The notes: a model not told the origin generated them from the sequence alone. Counted from the first letter of the stretch, positions 36,101-46,995 are shown. The stretch is DNA of 64,000 bases from Dehalococcoidia bacterium (GCA_965197675.1 OZ240221.1:1731437-1795436); one strand, 5' to 3'. A program made the numbers and translations.

Positions 36101-37234
36101 CTAGGTTGGAGCTACGTCTTTCAAGCCAAGCCCCGTAATGGCTACCAATACCGATTCGTCAGGAGAGACGTGGCCCTCCCTAACAAGCGCTTCCACCCCG
36201 GCAATGGCCGCTGACGATGTGGGCTCGGCGTAGATTCCCTCTTCTCTTGCTAGCATACTTTGCCATTTCAGTATGTTGTCATCGTTTACTGCCAGTGCAA
36301 CTCCACCAGTGTCCTTTAATGCCTTCAAGACCTGCTCCAGCCTGGGCGGTTCAGCCACGGAAATCCCGCCTGCTACAGTTTTAGCTCCCGGCTGAGGTTT
36401 CCAGTCCTTTCCCTTAAAAGCCGCTACTATGGGCTGGACGGCTTCCGCTTGAATGGAGTGAAGCTTGGGAATCTCGCTGATCACCCCCTGCTCTCTAAGC
36501 TCTCTGAAGCCCTTCCATGACCCAATTAGTAGAGAACCGTTTCCAACAGGCATTACAATGTGCTTGGGTGTGTGGTTTTGGAATTGTTGGGCCACCTCGT
36601 AGGCGAAGGTCTTGGTTCCCTCTAGGAAGTATGGACTCAAGTTATGAGAGGCGTAGCAGAGTCCTCGCTCATCCTGATATGCCAGGGCAGCATGATAAGA
36701 GGCTTCCCTGGGGCCATCTATCAAATGGGTCTGGGCGCCGTAGACCATGATCTGCTGAATCTTAGCTTGCGGCGCAGTGCTGGGCGCAAAGATGTGAGCA
36801 ACCATATCTGCTAGGGCAGCATAGGCAGAAAGGGATGCGCCGGCATTGCCTGAGGAGTCTTCGACAACTTCATTTACACCTAACTCCCTCAGCATAGAAA
36901 TAAGGACCGTGGTGCCCCTGTCTTTGAAGGAAGCGGTAGGATTCTGGAACTCCAACTTCCCGTAGACATTCGTCATGCCCAGCTTTTTACCCAGCTTGTT
37001 CAGGGTTATTGAAGGGGTCTGTCCTTCACCGAGGGAAACGATATTGCCTTGGTCATGCAGTGGGAGAGGTGCGCGAATGGACCACAGACCTTGCCCCGTG
37101 TCTCTAAAAGAGGAAGGAATCGTGGATTTGTAGTCTACGTCTAGGGGCAGACAACAACTCGTGCATGTTAGGGTATAGGCATTGGCGGGGAAGGAGGAGC
37201 CGCATTTAGAGCAGTTAAGCTGTATGTGGGACAT
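36101..37234 (-). CDS. thrC: Threonine synthase-like PLP-dependent enzyme (fold type II) with an N-terminal zinc ribbon.
   Basis: 'CSKCGS...CTSCC' zinc ribbon, followed by 'FQNPTASFKDRG' (PLP-lysine motif of threonine synthase). Confidence 0.65.
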   Translation of the reverse strand: MSHIQLNCSKCGSSFPANAYTLTCTSCCLPLDVDYKSTIPSSFRDTGQGLWSIRAPLPLHDQGNIVSLGEGQTPSITLNKLGKKLGMTNVYGKLEFQNPTASFKDRGTTVLISMLRELGVNEVVEDSSGNAGASLSAYAALADMVAHIFAPSTAPQAKIQQIMVYGAQTHLIDGPREASYHAALAYQDERGLCYASHNLSPYFLEGTKTFAYEVAQQFQNHTPKHIVMPVGNGSLLIGSWKGFRELREQGVISEIPKLHSIQAEAVQPIVAAFKGKDWKPQPGAKTVAGGISVAEPPRLEQVLKALKDTGGVALAVNDDNILKWQSMLAREEGIYAEPTSSAAIAGVEALVREGHVSPDESVLVAITGLGLKDVAPT

Positions 37235-37273
37235 AAGCTATCGAAACCCAGGTGGTAGGGAGCACAGAAACAG

Positions 37274-39076
37274 CTAGGTCTTTTGCTTTGTCTTGACACG
37301 TTTTCTTAGCTGGCTGGTCTTTTTCACGTCCACCTTGCCGGTCTTCGGGTCGAGCCATACCCCATACTCATCACGGGCCTTCTCCTTGGAAACGTACCCG
37401 TTTAAGACGTCCGACTCCACCATTTGAGGGTCTCGCTTTAGGGGGTCTCCATATCCTCCGCCTCCTGCACCGATTATATCGAAGACATCATCGGTATGGA
37501 GAAGAAGGTTGGAAAACTTGGAGGGGGAGGAGGTTCCAAACAGAGCAGGGAAGCTCCACGAGGTTCCTTCTCGTATTATGGAGAATTTGTTGGCCAACCC
37601 CTCCTTCCCTCCGAAGATGCCCCATGGAGGGATCACGTGACGATCTGCACAACCGGTTATTGATGTTGGTGTTAGGATTCGCATCTGGCGTTGTACACCG
37701 ACGCCTCCGCGATGTTTACCGGGACCTCCTGAGTCGGTGACTATCTCGTATTTCTCTAGCCGAAGCGGAAATCGAGCCTCCCAAAGTTCCATCGACTCGT
37801 TCTTTGCGTTGCTCATCGAGTGGTTATCCACGTTGCGCCCGTCCAATGTGGCCCGAGCACCCGTTCCTCCCGGCGAGAAATAGTACCAGATGAACTCGTC
37901 ATGACTATGGGGTCTATCACCAGAGCCTGTGCAGTCGTTCTTTGTACTGTGGCTTCCCGCTATGACCCTCTCTGGAAGCCACTGAGCCATAGCCTTGAGG
38001 ACAGCCTCATAGACTCGGCTCAAGGGGTCATTGGTTGTGGAGAAGACAGGGGCCGGATACACGGGATTCACGATGCTGCCCTTTGGTGCCTTGACCTCGA
38101 CGGCTTCAATAAATCCCGAGTTCATCGGTGCGAAGGGATCCACGGTGTTTAGAAGAGCCACGTAGCAACCGGCCTTGGTCTCGGTAAAGGTGCAGTTGAC
38201 AGGACCTCTCACCTGGGCATCGCTGCCAGTGAAATCCAGCGAGACTTTCCGCCCCTTTTTAGTTAGCTTGACATGAATCTTGTATGGCCCGCCGCCGTGA
38301 CCATCGTCTTCTTGGTACTCGGTTCCTTCCCACTGGCCATCAGGCAGTTGCTCTAGGGTCTTCACGAACCGGTGTTTGGAGTATCTCAGGGCCTCGTCCA
38401 TTCCCTTCGAGACCATGTCGTGTCCATATTTTCTAATAAGCTCTTGAAGGCGACGTTCGGCTATGATGTTGGAGGCGATCTGGGCTTGGACGTCTCCCCA
38501 GCATTGGTGGGGTATCCGTACGTTCTTAAGGATGAAATCTCTAATCTCTCGGTCTAAAACCCCTGCCTTGTATAGCTTCACTGGGGGAATAATTAGCGCT
38601 TCTTGGATTACATGCCGTACAGTCCCCGACCAGCCGCCAGGGCTCATGCCTCCCACGTCCACCCAGTGACCACGGTTTGCCGCGAAGCCCAGCATCTTCC
38701 CGTCCATGAACATGGGACGGGCCACGACGACGTCGGCCTGGTGAGAGCCGCCGTTGTAGGGGTCATTGAAGACTATTACATCGCCTTCTTCAAAGGAGTC
38801 GTAGGTGCTCAGCAGTGTTTCAATGGGGTCGAACATTGCTCCTGAATGGGCAGGAGTACCTAAAGCTTGGGCAACCATTCGGGCTTTAGAATCGTAGAGG
38901 GCGCAAGTGAAGTCTCGTCCCTCGCTGAAACATGTGGAGTAGGCGGCTCGCACGGTAGTCTCCACCATCTCCTGCACCGTGGAGATTAGATAGCTACGCA
39001 TAATCTCGGCAGTGAAGGGGTCTAGCTTGCCCCGTTTCTTGGATGGATGAGCTGGCTTTCGAGTTATCGTGGTCAT
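37274..39076 (-). CDS. hyuB: Hydantoinase B / 5-oxoprolinase subunit B family protein. It has no adjacent HyuA partner.
   Basis: 600 aa. 'DPFTAEIMRSYLISTVQEM', 'FNDPYNGGSHQADVVV' and 'VRGPVNCT' are HyuB hallmarks. It is about 70% identical to 41237-43039. Confidence 0.8.
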   Translation of the reverse strand: MTTITRKPAHPSKKRGKLDPFTAEIMRSYLISTVQEMVETTVRAAYSTCFSEGRDFTCALYDSKARMVAQALGTPAHSGAMFDPIETLLSTYDSFEEGDVIVFNDPYNGGSHQADVVVARPMFMDGKMLGFAANRGHWVDVGGMSPGGWSGTVRHVIQEALIIPPVKLYKAGVLDREIRDFILKNVRIPHQCWGDVQAQIASNIIAERRLQELIRKYGHDMVSKGMDEALRYSKHRFVKTLEQLPDGQWEGTEYQEDDGHGGGPYKIHVKLTKKGRKVSLDFTGSDAQVRGPVNCTFTETKAGCYVALLNTVDPFAPMNSGFIEAVEVKAPKGSIVNPVYPAPVFSTTNDPLSRVYEAVLKAMAQWLPERVIAGSHSTKNDCTGSGDRPHSHDEFIWYYFSPGGTGARATLDGRNVDNHSMSNAKNESMELWEARFPLRLEKYEIVTDSGGPGKHRGGVGVQRQMRILTPTSITGCADRHVIPPWGIFGGKEGLANKFSIIREGTSWSFPALFGTSSPSKFSNLLLHTDDVFDIIGAGGGGYGDPLKRDPQMVESDVLNGYVSKEKARDEYGVWLDPKTGKVDVKKTSQLRKRVKTKQKT

Positions 39077-39097
39077 ATCTTGGCTTTACTCGTCGTA

Positions 39098-40237
39098 TTA
39101 GTTGAGCGGAAGACCGTATAGGTTAGCCGCATTCTCGCCTAGGACCTTACGCCTCGCCTCTTCTGTCAACGGACTGAGGGTCTCCGTTAGCTCCTGCAGT
39201 GCTCCCGACTCGGCCTCAATGTGAGGGTAGTCGGAGCTCCACATACAACGATCTTCTCCTATGTACTTTATCGTGTTGGGAACCGTGGTTTCGTCGGCCT
39301 CCATCGCCACCCATACTTGCCTCTTCAGATACTCACTTGGGAGGAGTTTCATAGGTGATGTGAACCCTACCTTATCATAAATGCCGTCCATCCGCTCCAT
39401 GTACCAGGGAAGCCACCCAGAGCCGATTTCCAGGACGGCTATTTTCAGGTTTGGGAAGCGGTCGAAGACGCGGCCCTGCAGCAGGCTTACTAGGCTAAAT
39501 AGAACGTCTCCTACGTTGGTTACAGTCAGCCACCAGAAGGAGAACTCGGCGGTTCTGGGGTACAGGTTGCCTGGCGCCACCCCTACGTTGCTCGAAACGT
39601 GAAGGCTTACAGGGATTCCCGCATCTGAAGCTTCGGCCCAGAAGGGGTCGTAGTAAGGATCTCCGTAGGGTGTTCCCCTCTGCGCCGTGTTGTGGACGTA
39701 CAAGCCTTTTGCGCCCAGGTTAACCGCCCTTTTTAGCTCCTTGATGCTTTCCTGTACATCTAGCATGGGGATGTGCCCGATGGGGATGAGCCTATCAGGA
39801 TATGGTTTGCAAAAATCTAGCACCCAGTTGTTATAGGCTCGACACATGGCCGCTTCAAGCTTGGGATCGTCGCAATCCTCTGGCCAGTCCAAACCTATGG
39901 AGGGGTAGAGCAGCACCGCATCCACACCTTCAGTATCCAGCAGCTTTATTCGATCATGAGGGTCTGCGGCGGGCCGGTTGAGCTGTCGGGCCTCTTCATA
40001 AGGGATCTCGCCGGGGCTTAATATCTTCTTCGGGTCCTGACCTGCTCCGGCGATGTTGGCTAACACTCCTCCTCTGTCTTGTTTGCACATCTTGCCATCC
40101 AACTCTACATATTCATAGCCGCGCTCGTCCAGCTTGATATGTAGACCTCTTTCTCGGTACTCGGACTCGAGATAGGTCTCCCATAGGTCGGGGGGCTCCA
40201 AGATGTGGGCGTCGCTATCTATAATCTTAGGAGACAT
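39098..40237 (-). CDS. Amidohydrolase-2 family protein. Start reassigned to 'MSPKIIDSDAHILEP'.
   Basis: It has the N-terminal pattern 'IIDSDAHILEPPDLW' shared with its paralogs, and an RBS 'AGGAGGAA' upstream of the ATG at 40237. The listed longer ORF adds 21 non-conserved residues. Confidence 0.7.
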   Translation of the reverse strand: MSPKIIDSDAHILEPPDLWETYLESEYRERGLHIKLDERGYEYVELDGKMCKQDRGGVLANIAGAGQDPKKILSPGEIPYEEARQLNRPAADPHDRIKLLDTEGVDAVLLYPSIGLDWPEDCDDPKLEAAMCRAYNNWVLDFCKPYPDRLIPIGHIPMLDVQESIKELKRAVNLGAKGLYVHNTAQRGTPYGDPYYDPFWAEASDAGIPVSLHVSSNVGVAPGNLYPRTAEFSFWWLTVTNVGDVLFSLVSLLQGRVFDRFPNLKIAVLEIGSGWLPWYMERMDGIYDKVGFTSPMKLLPSEYLKRQVWVAMEADETTVPNTIKYIGEDRCMWSSDYPHIEAESGALQELTETLSPLTEEARRKVLGENAANLYGLPLN

Positions 40238-40359
40238 GCTGGTCTGGTTCCTCCTAGGTCGATATATTATTGCCTCTGTACGCTTCATGGAATTATACAC
40301 TAACGTTGCCTGCTTACAAGGTATAATCTATGCACCCGATTTCCACTTAAGGAGCCGTC

Positions 40360-41232
40360 ATGACCAATCCAAGGGCCGAGTACTCACCGATGCCTGATCG
40401 CAAGCCTCTGAAGCTTCCCGGCGGAGCGAGGGTGGCTGTTTGGGCCATCATCAATGTAGAGGAGTGGGACATCAACGCACCAATGGCCCGTACCGTTCTG
40501 CCTCCGCCTCAAGGGGTAACGGTTATCCCAGATATCGCTAACTACAGCTGGCACGAGTACGGGCTTAGGGTGGGATTCTGGCGCCTGAAGGCCGTTCTGG
40601 ACAAGCATGGCATCATGGCTACTCTCAGCCTGAACGCGTCGGTCTGCAACAGCTATCCTGAGATAGTTGATCAGAGCGTGAAAAGCGGCTGGGAGATACT
40701 GGGCCACGGCTTTATTCAACGAGCTATGAACGTGGTGGAAGACGAGCGAGATGTGGTGCGCAAGAGCGTTCAGCTTATCAAGGAGCGCACTGGAAAGGCT
40801 CCTCGCGGATGGATGGGCCCTGGCCTGACCGAGACCTTCCATACCCCTGACATACTGGCTGAAGAAGGCATCGAGTATGTGTGCGACTGGGTCAACGATG
40901 ACCAGCCCTATCCCATGAAGGTGAAAGCTGGAAACCTATTCTCCATCCCCTACACTTTGGAGATCAACGACATTCCCATCTACATCATCCAGCATCATCG
41001 CTCCCCCGAAATCTTCGAGAGGGCGCGAGATCACTTCGATACTCTCTATCAGGAGGGAGAGGAGAGCGCCCGAATAATGGCCATCTCAACCCACCCGTAC
41101 ATTACTGGAGCGGCACACCGTATAAAGTACTACGATCAGATATTCCAGTATATCAAGCAGCACGAGGGGGTGATGTTCATGACGGGCAGCGGGATCCTCG
41201 ACTGGTATAAGGAGGCTGCCGGCTTCGTCTGA
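40360..41232 (+). CDS. Polysaccharide-deacetylase-family protein (PuuE/allantoinase-like divergent NodB fold).
   Basis: 290 aa. 'VAVWAIINVEEWDINAPM' and 'GWEILGHGF' are present. An RBS 'AAGGAG' is present. It is a paralog of 48413-49291. Confidence 0.65.
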   Translation: MTNPRAEYSPMPDRKPLKLPGGARVAVWAIINVEEWDINAPMARTVLPPPQGVTVIPDIANYSWHEYGLRVGFWRLKAVLDKHGIMATLSLNASVCNSYPEIVDQSVKSGWEILGHGFIQRAMNVVEDERDVVRKSVQLIKERTGKAPRGWMGPGLTETFHTPDILAEEGIEYVCDWVNDDQPYPMKVKAGNLFSIPYTLEINDIPIYIIQHHRSPEIFERARDHFDTLYQEGEESARIMAISTHPYITGAAHRIKYYDQIFQYIKQHEGVMFMTGSGILDWYKEAAGFV

Positions 41233-41236
41233 TCAC

Positions 41237-43039
41237 CTAAGCCTTGACAGTTTTTTGCTGCTTTTTCAGACGCTCTCGCAGTTCAGCTGTCTTGGCTTTA
41301 TCGGCTTTGCCGGTTTTAGGGTCAATCCAGACGCCGTACATCTGCTCGGCGTGATCTGGGGAAACGTACCCGTTGAGCACATCCCATTCCACCTTCTGGA
41401 CGTCTCTGTTCAACGGGTCTCCGTATCCCCCGCCGCCGCCGGCACTGATATCGAAGATATCGCCGATGTTCAGCGGAACGTTGGAGAACTTGGAACTGCA
41501 GAAGGTGCCGAACAGAGATGGGAAGTCTCGTTCCTTGCCATCTCGAATTATCGACATCTTGTTAGGGAACCCCTCTTTTCCGCCAAACAGTCCCCACGGT
41601 GGGATCTTTTGTCGGTCGGCGCATCCTGTGATGCTCGTGGGCGATGTGATTCTCATGTGGCGGCTCGCTCCCAGACCTCCCCGGTTTTCCCCGGGCCCCC
41701 CTGAGTTGGTAATCAATGCGAGTCTATCGAATTCCAATGGGAACCGGCTTTCCCACAGCTCCATGGACTCTGCCCTGCTGTTGACCATGGCGTCGGTATC
41801 CATGCTTCGTCCGTCTTTGGTCGCTCGAGCTCCGATTCCTCCTGGGCCGAAGTGGTACCAGATGAACTCCTCTCCCGTCTCTGGATGATCGCCGCCGCCA
41901 GTGCAGTCGTTCTGAGTCGCGTAGCCTCCGGCGACGACTCTGTCAGGCAGCCATTTGGATATTGCTTTCATCACCGCTTCATGGACCCGGTTGATGGGGT
42001 CGGACGTTGTGGCGAACACAGGCGCCGGATATACCGGGTTCACCATGCTGGCTATGGGTGCTTTGACCTCTATGGCTTCGATCAAGCCGGAGTTCAACGG
42101 AACGAAGGGGTCTACCACGTCCACCAACGCCGTGTAAGAGCCTGCTTTCGTCTCAGTGTAGGTGCAGTTGACAGGCCCTCTTACCTGTGGGTCTGTCCCA
42201 TCGAAGTCCACCAGTATCTTTTCCCCTTCCTTCTTCAGGGTCACGTGGACGGTGTAAGGCCCTCCACCGTGTCCATCGTCCTCGATGTAGTCTTCCCCCT
42301 CCCACTGTCCATCGGGCAACTCTCCCAGCTTCTTAGTAAACCGACGCTTGGAGTAACTGAGGGCCTGTTCCATCCCCTCCAGTACGGCCCCGGCGCCATA
42401 CTTTTGGGCCAGCTCCCTTAGCCTTCGCTCCGCAGTTATGTTGGAGGCTATCTGAGCCTGTATGTCTCCCCAGCACTGCTTCGGGATACGCACGTTCTTG
42501 AGTATGAAGTCTCTGATCTCTCTATCCAAGACACCTGCCTTGTAGAGCTTCGCAGGGGGAATTATCAAGGCCTCCTGGATAACGTGCCGCACCGTCCCAG
42601 ACCAGCCTCCTGGACTCATGCCTCCCACGTCCACCCAGTGACCTCGGTTGACACCGAAGCCCATGAGATCGCCATCGAGGAAGATGGGGCGGGCCACCAC
42701 CACGTCTGCCTGGTGAGAGCCTCCGTTGTAGGGATCGTTGAAAACTATCACGTCGCCCTCTTCAAAGGTGTCGTAGGTACTGAGCAGGGTCTTGACCGGG
42801 TCGAACAGCGCTCCAGAGTGCACGGGCAGACCGTAGGCCTGGGCGATCATACGGGCCTGAGAATCGAAGAAGGCGCATGTGAAGTCGAGACCTTCGCTGA
42901 AGCAGGTGGAGTAGGCAGCGCGAATGGTGGTCTCCATCATCTCCTGCACCGTGGAGATGAGATAACTGCGCATGATGGCTGCGGTGAAGAGATCTATTCG
43001 ACTCCTCTTGGGTTCAGCGACGGCCTGTGTAGTAGTCAT
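41237..43039 (-). CDS. hyuB: Hydantoinase B / oxoprolinase B family protein, paired with the upstream HyuA.
   Basis: 600 aa. 'FNDPYNGGSHQADVVV' and 'VRGPVNCTYTETKAG' are present. Confidence 0.85.
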   Translation of the reverse strand: MTTTQAVAEPKRSRIDLFTAAIMRSYLISTVQEMMETTIRAAYSTCFSEGLDFTCAFFDSQARMIAQAYGLPVHSGALFDPVKTLLSTYDTFEEGDVIVFNDPYNGGSHQADVVVARPIFLDGDLMGFGVNRGHWVDVGGMSPGGWSGTVRHVIQEALIIPPAKLYKAGVLDREIRDFILKNVRIPKQCWGDIQAQIASNITAERRLRELAQKYGAGAVLEGMEQALSYSKRRFTKKLGELPDGQWEGEDYIEDDGHGGGPYTVHVTLKKEGEKILVDFDGTDPQVRGPVNCTYTETKAGSYTALVDVVDPFVPLNSGLIEAIEVKAPIASMVNPVYPAPVFATTSDPINRVHEAVMKAISKWLPDRVVAGGYATQNDCTGGGDHPETGEEFIWYHFGPGGIGARATKDGRSMDTDAMVNSRAESMELWESRFPLEFDRLALITNSGGPGENRGGLGASRHMRITSPTSITGCADRQKIPPWGLFGGKEGFPNKMSIIRDGKERDFPSLFGTFCSSKFSNVPLNIGDIFDISAGGGGGYGDPLNRDVQKVEWDVLNGYVSPDHAEQMYGVWIDPKTGKADKAKTAELRERLKKQQKTVKA

Positions 43040-43097
43040 GGCTCCTCCTTAGCTTGGACAAGTGGATCTATCGGATATTTCTGCGTTTCCTGAGCCC

Positions 43098-45137
43098 TTA
43101 TAGCTCATCTGCCCACTCCTGGGACATCTTCTGCTTTGGAACCTTTACAATGATGTTTCCGTATTGATCGAGGCTGGCTGTGCAGCCTTTAGGCATGAAG
43201 AAGGTGGAGTCGACCTCTTCTATGATGCAGGGTTGGCGAACGGTCATCCCAGGCTCCAGGTCGTCTCTATCGAACACTGCAATCTCGTCCTCGTAGTGGG
43301 CAACTTTTCTATAGGACTTGGGCGTAGCTTTCCTAGAAGAGGTCTTGCCGTTTGTCGCTGAGATGTCCAAGGGAACCGAAAGGCCGGTCACAGTAACCCT
43401 GGCGTTGACTATCTCTGCGGGGTCCCCAAGGTTGGTGCCGAATAAGACTCGGTGCCAGCGCTCGAACTCTTTATATACGACGTCCTTATCCAGTGCGCTT
43501 TTCTCGTCCAGGGGAACTGCCACCTCGTTGGACTGGCCTATATATCGAATGTCCAGCGTGTAATCTACCACACTTCCAGTGATGAACTGCTCCTCCCCTT
43601 TCAAGAACTCCTCAGCTTTCTTTTCCAACTCTTTGAATACGCTCTTAAGCCTTTCAACGTCGAACCCATCTATAGGCATCATCACCGTTCGGAAGGCCGA
43701 ATTCTTCAAGTCCGCTGTCAGCAGCCCAAAGGCGGAGAAGGTGCTGGGATTAGGGGGCACCATGATGGAGGTTATCCCCACCTCTCTGGCTACCTCGGCT
43801 GCATTTTGACCTCCGGCGCCTCCGTAAGGCAATAGAGTGAAATCTCGAGGGTCGATGCCCTTCCTGACCGTGGATTCGAGGATAGCCTGGATCATGTTGG
43901 CGTTTACCACTCGATATATTCCCATAGATGCCTCCTCGATGGAGATATCGAAGTGGTCGGCTATGGGCCTGATGGCATCTTGGGCTTTCTGTGGGTCGAC
44001 CTCTAGCCTTCCACCCAGGAAATTGTCGGGATTCAGAATTCCAGTGACCAGGTTGGCGTCTGTGACTGTAGGCTGGGTACCTCCCAGGTTGTAGCAGGCA
44101 GGGCCCGGGTCTGCTCCTGCGCTCTGAGGGCCTACCTGCAGCTCTCCCCCTTCATCGATCCAGGCTATGCTGCCTCCGCCAGAGCCTATGGAATTTATGT
44201 CGATACTCTGGGTTCGTACCGGGATTCCCCACTCGGGTTCGACCTGGTCTTTGATATCGGGCTGGCCGTCTCGAATCACGCAGACGTCGTAACTGGTTCC
44301 CCCGGCGTCAACCGTGATCAGGTTCTTGACCCCCGTTTTATCCCCGATGAACTTCCCGGCTAGCACTCCTGCACTGGGCCCCGAGGCTATAAGGGTTACG
44401 GGAACCCTTTGTGCTTCTTTGGACGGGATGATCCCTCCGCCTGAGTGCATGTATTTGACGTCTATTCCCAAAGCTCTGTCCAGTCGTTCGATGTATCCCT
44501 GAGTCTTGGGCATGGCGTAAGCGTTCAAGACAGTAGTGCTAACCCGCTCGTATTCTCGAATGCGAGGGTCTACCTCCGAAGAGATGGTTACATACGTATT
44601 GGGAGCCTCGGCTCGGATCACCTCTCCAATGATGTGCTCGTGCTCTGAGTTGGCGTAGGAGTTGAAAAGACACACCGCAATGGCCTCGACTCCTTTGTCT
44701 AGGAGGGTTCGTACCACCGAGACCACCTCATCCCTGTTTAGGGGAACTGTGATATTCCCTTTGTGGTCCACACGCTCGGTTACTTCATAGACCATGTGTC
44801 GAGGAGTGAAGGGCTTGGGCTTGTCGTACTGGAGGTTGTACAGCTCCTTCTTGTGACTGCGACCAATTTCCAACACGTCCCTGAACCCCTTGGTTGTGAT
44901 GAGCCCTACATTGGCCCCTGAGCGGGTAAGGGTTAGGTTGGTCACCAGCGTAGTGCCGTGCATGAAGTAAGAAATCTCCTTCATATCGACGGCTGCTTGC
45001 CGGCAGGCTGTGAGCAGCCCTTCCTCTGGTGCTCTGGGCGTGGTGAGGGTCTTGGTCTTGCTTATTTCGCCCGTCTCTTCGTCATACAGCACCAAATCTG
45101 TGAAGGTGCCTCCGATGTCTACTCCTACTCTCTTCAT
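43098..45137 (-). CDS. hyuA: Hydantoinase A / oxoprolinase A family protein (ATP-dependent, ASKHA fold).
   Basis: 679 aa. 'MKRVGVDIGGTFTDLVLYDE' and a second 'VDAGGTSYDVCV' nucleotide-binding motif are present. Confidence 0.85.
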   Translation of the reverse strand: MKRVGVDIGGTFTDLVLYDEETGEISKTKTLTTPRAPEEGLLTACRQAAVDMKEISYFMHGTTLVTNLTLTRSGANVGLITTKGFRDVLEIGRSHKKELYNLQYDKPKPFTPRHMVYEVTERVDHKGNITVPLNRDEVVSVVRTLLDKGVEAIAVCLFNSYANSEHEHIIGEVIRAEAPNTYVTISSEVDPRIREYERVSTTVLNAYAMPKTQGYIERLDRALGIDVKYMHSGGGIIPSKEAQRVPVTLIASGPSAGVLAGKFIGDKTGVKNLITVDAGGTSYDVCVIRDGQPDIKDQVEPEWGIPVRTQSIDINSIGSGGGSIAWIDEGGELQVGPQSAGADPGPACYNLGGTQPTVTDANLVTGILNPDNFLGGRLEVDPQKAQDAIRPIADHFDISIEEASMGIYRVVNANMIQAILESTVRKGIDPRDFTLLPYGGAGGQNAAEVAREVGITSIMVPPNPSTFSAFGLLTADLKNSAFRTVMMPIDGFDVERLKSVFKELEKKAEEFLKGEEQFITGSVVDYTLDIRYIGQSNEVAVPLDEKSALDKDVVYKEFERWHRVLFGTNLGDPAEIVNARVTVTGLSVPLDISATNGKTSSRKATPKSYRKVAHYEDEIAVFDRDDLEPGMTVRQPCIIEEVDSTFFMPKGCTASLDQYGNIIVKVPKQKMSQEWADEL

Positions 45138-45283
45138 TACTTCTCTCCGAGGTGATCTGGATGATTAGTGTGACGCCATTTCCCTGTCCTCTTTTTTCAT
45201 CAAGGACAGAGTGAATCTGTATTATATCAGAATTGTGGTATGTATCACTTGCTAAATTGTGCTAATTGCGTACCGGTCGGCTC

Positions 45284-46402
45284 TTAAAGAGACAGCCCAT
45301 ACAGCGCTGCGGCATTCCCTCCGGCTATCTTCCGAGCTTCATCCTCTGGGATGTCCTTCATCATGTCCTCAACTGCTTGACGAGAGCGAGGAAAAGTTCC
45401 CTCATCATGGGGGTAGTCGCTGCCCCACATCAACCCGTCCACCCCTGTTATGTCTCGATTTCTCAGCCCTACAGGATCTATGCTGAAGGTGGCGTATCCT
45501 TGGCGCTTGAAGTATTCGCTGGGGAGCATGTCCAGCTTTTTAGTATGCCACATATGCCTTTTTTCGTAGTATTCGTCCATGAGGATAAGGTACCAGGCTA
45601 TCCACCCTATGCCTGCTTCGGCCAATACGAACTTTAGGCTGGGGTGGCGCTGCAGCACCCCGGATGCAGTCAAGTTCACTAATGTGCTGCGAGCTTCCGA
45701 TATGGTCATGGCCATGTAGATAAGGTCCGTTCCCTGGGGATCTGCTTCTCCAAGGTCATCGATGATCTCGTTTTCACCGACGGTCATGGAGTGGAAGGAG
45801 AGTATAAGGTCCGCATCTTCGACAGCAGACCATAAAGGCTCGTAGTCGGGTCGGTTGTAGGGAAGAGATGGCATACTCACGGGAATGTTTATGGTGCGAA
45901 AGCCCAGTTTAGCTGCTCGCTTGACCTCCTCGATAGCCGCTCTGATATCGACTACTGGTGCCGTGGCAGCAGGCACGAAACGGTCGAGATTGTCCTTGAA
46001 TAGTTCGGTATACAAGTCGTTGTAGAGGCGACAAAACGCCATCTGATATCCAGGATCGGGTGATGCGAAGATGCGAAATATCTCGTTGGAGTAGACCACC
46101 TCGGCACTGACCCCATCTTCGTCTTGGTCGGTCAGTCTCGCTTGAATATCGGTAAAGGCTTCATCTCCTCCCTGGGCCTTCACCTGTCCACCTCGAAACT
46201 CTCTGCGTTTGTCCTCATCGGTCAATAGCTTAGCTGTCAGGTCAACCCGAATGGGCTTTTGCCCTTCGTTGACGAGGTAGTGTCCGCCGTTTATGGTCTC
46301 GATTCGAGGCGCCCTATCACGATACTCGGGTGACAGCCGGTGGTATATCTTAGACGGGTCCTCTGCGTGAGAGTCGGCGGAAATCAACTTGTAATCAGGC
46401 AC
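45284..46402 (-). CDS. Amidohydrolase-2 family protein.
   Basis: 372 aa. 'KLISADSHAEDP' at the N-terminus and 'SDYPHDEG' at the C-terminus. Confidence 0.75.
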   Translation of the reverse strand: MPDYKLISADSHAEDPSKIYHRLSPEYRDRAPRIETINGGHYLVNEGQKPIRVDLTAKLLTDEDKRREFRGGQVKAQGGDEAFTDIQARLTDQDEDGVSAEVVYSNEIFRIFASPDPGYQMAFCRLYNDLYTELFKDNLDRFVPAATAPVVDIRAAIEEVKRAAKLGFRTINIPVSMPSLPYNRPDYEPLWSAVEDADLILSFHSMTVGENEIIDDLGEADPQGTDLIYMAMTISEARSTLVNLTASGVLQRHPSLKFVLAEAGIGWIAWYLILMDEYYEKRHMWHTKKLDMLPSEYFKRQGYATFSIDPVGLRNRDITGVDGLMWGSDYPHDEGTFPRSRQAVEDMMKDIPEDEARKIAGGNAAALYGLSL

Positions 46403-46515
46403 CGATATCCTCCTGTACAGCCTTTCTTCTTCCCCACAAAATGCCCTGGGCTTGATACTGTTTTTATCACCTACCCAGGGCCAATTGTTCGATATGAGTT
46501 GATTGTTTAGTCATA

Positions 46516-46995
46516 TTAAAGCGTTCGCAAGTCCTTGCCGGTCTTTTCCGCTGCCGCGACCTCTGAGAAGTCGGAGACTTTGGACTGGTCCCAAGAGTAG
46601 ATGCGTTTGGGGGTTATCTTGGCTACTGCCTGAGGGTTTGCTAGCAGCATATCCGCCGCCCCATCTGCCTTTTCGTCTCCCACGTGTTTCGCAGCTATCT
46701 TTCGTACTATGGGTCGTACGTCACCCCGTATCATCTCCGCCGTACCATGGACAACCACTCCTCGGAATGGAAGAGTATCGCTGCTCACTGAAAGGGAGAT
46801 TCGATTATCTCGGTCCAGGGCACGAGACTTGGGATTGCCATCCATTAAAGTTATATAGAAGAACTCTCCGTCGTAGTAGGACCAGATGGGAGTGACGTGG
46901 GGATGACCTGTTTTAGTCAGAGTAGCTACGTGGGTTAGCCAGGGCTCCGCCATGAAGCTCTTTACCTCCTCCATGGTCATGGTAACCTTTCCCAT
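46516..46995 (-). CDS. Pyridoxamine-5'-phosphate-oxidase-like (PPOX class / F420- or FMN-binding split-barrel) protein.
   Basis: 159 aa. 'AEPWLTHVATLTKTGHPHVTPIWSYYDGEFFYI' is a typical PPOX-like N-terminus. Confidence 0.65.
   Translation of the reverse strand: MGKVTMTMEEVKSFMAEPWLTHVATLTKTGHPHVTPIWSYYDGEFFYITLMDGNPKSRALDRDNRISLSVSSDTLPFRGVVVHGTAEMIRGDVRPIVRKIAAKHVGDEKADGAADMLLANPQAVAKITPKRIYSWDQSKVSDFSEVAAAEKTGKDLRTL

Noticed and set aside
40203-40300. Longer start (MYNSMKRTEAIIYRPRRNQTS...) for the amidohydrolase at 39098.
   Set aside because: The paralog-conserved N-terminus begins at MSPKIIDSDAHILEP, which has its own RBS. The upstream 21 residues are not conserved. I kept the longer start as an alternative only.
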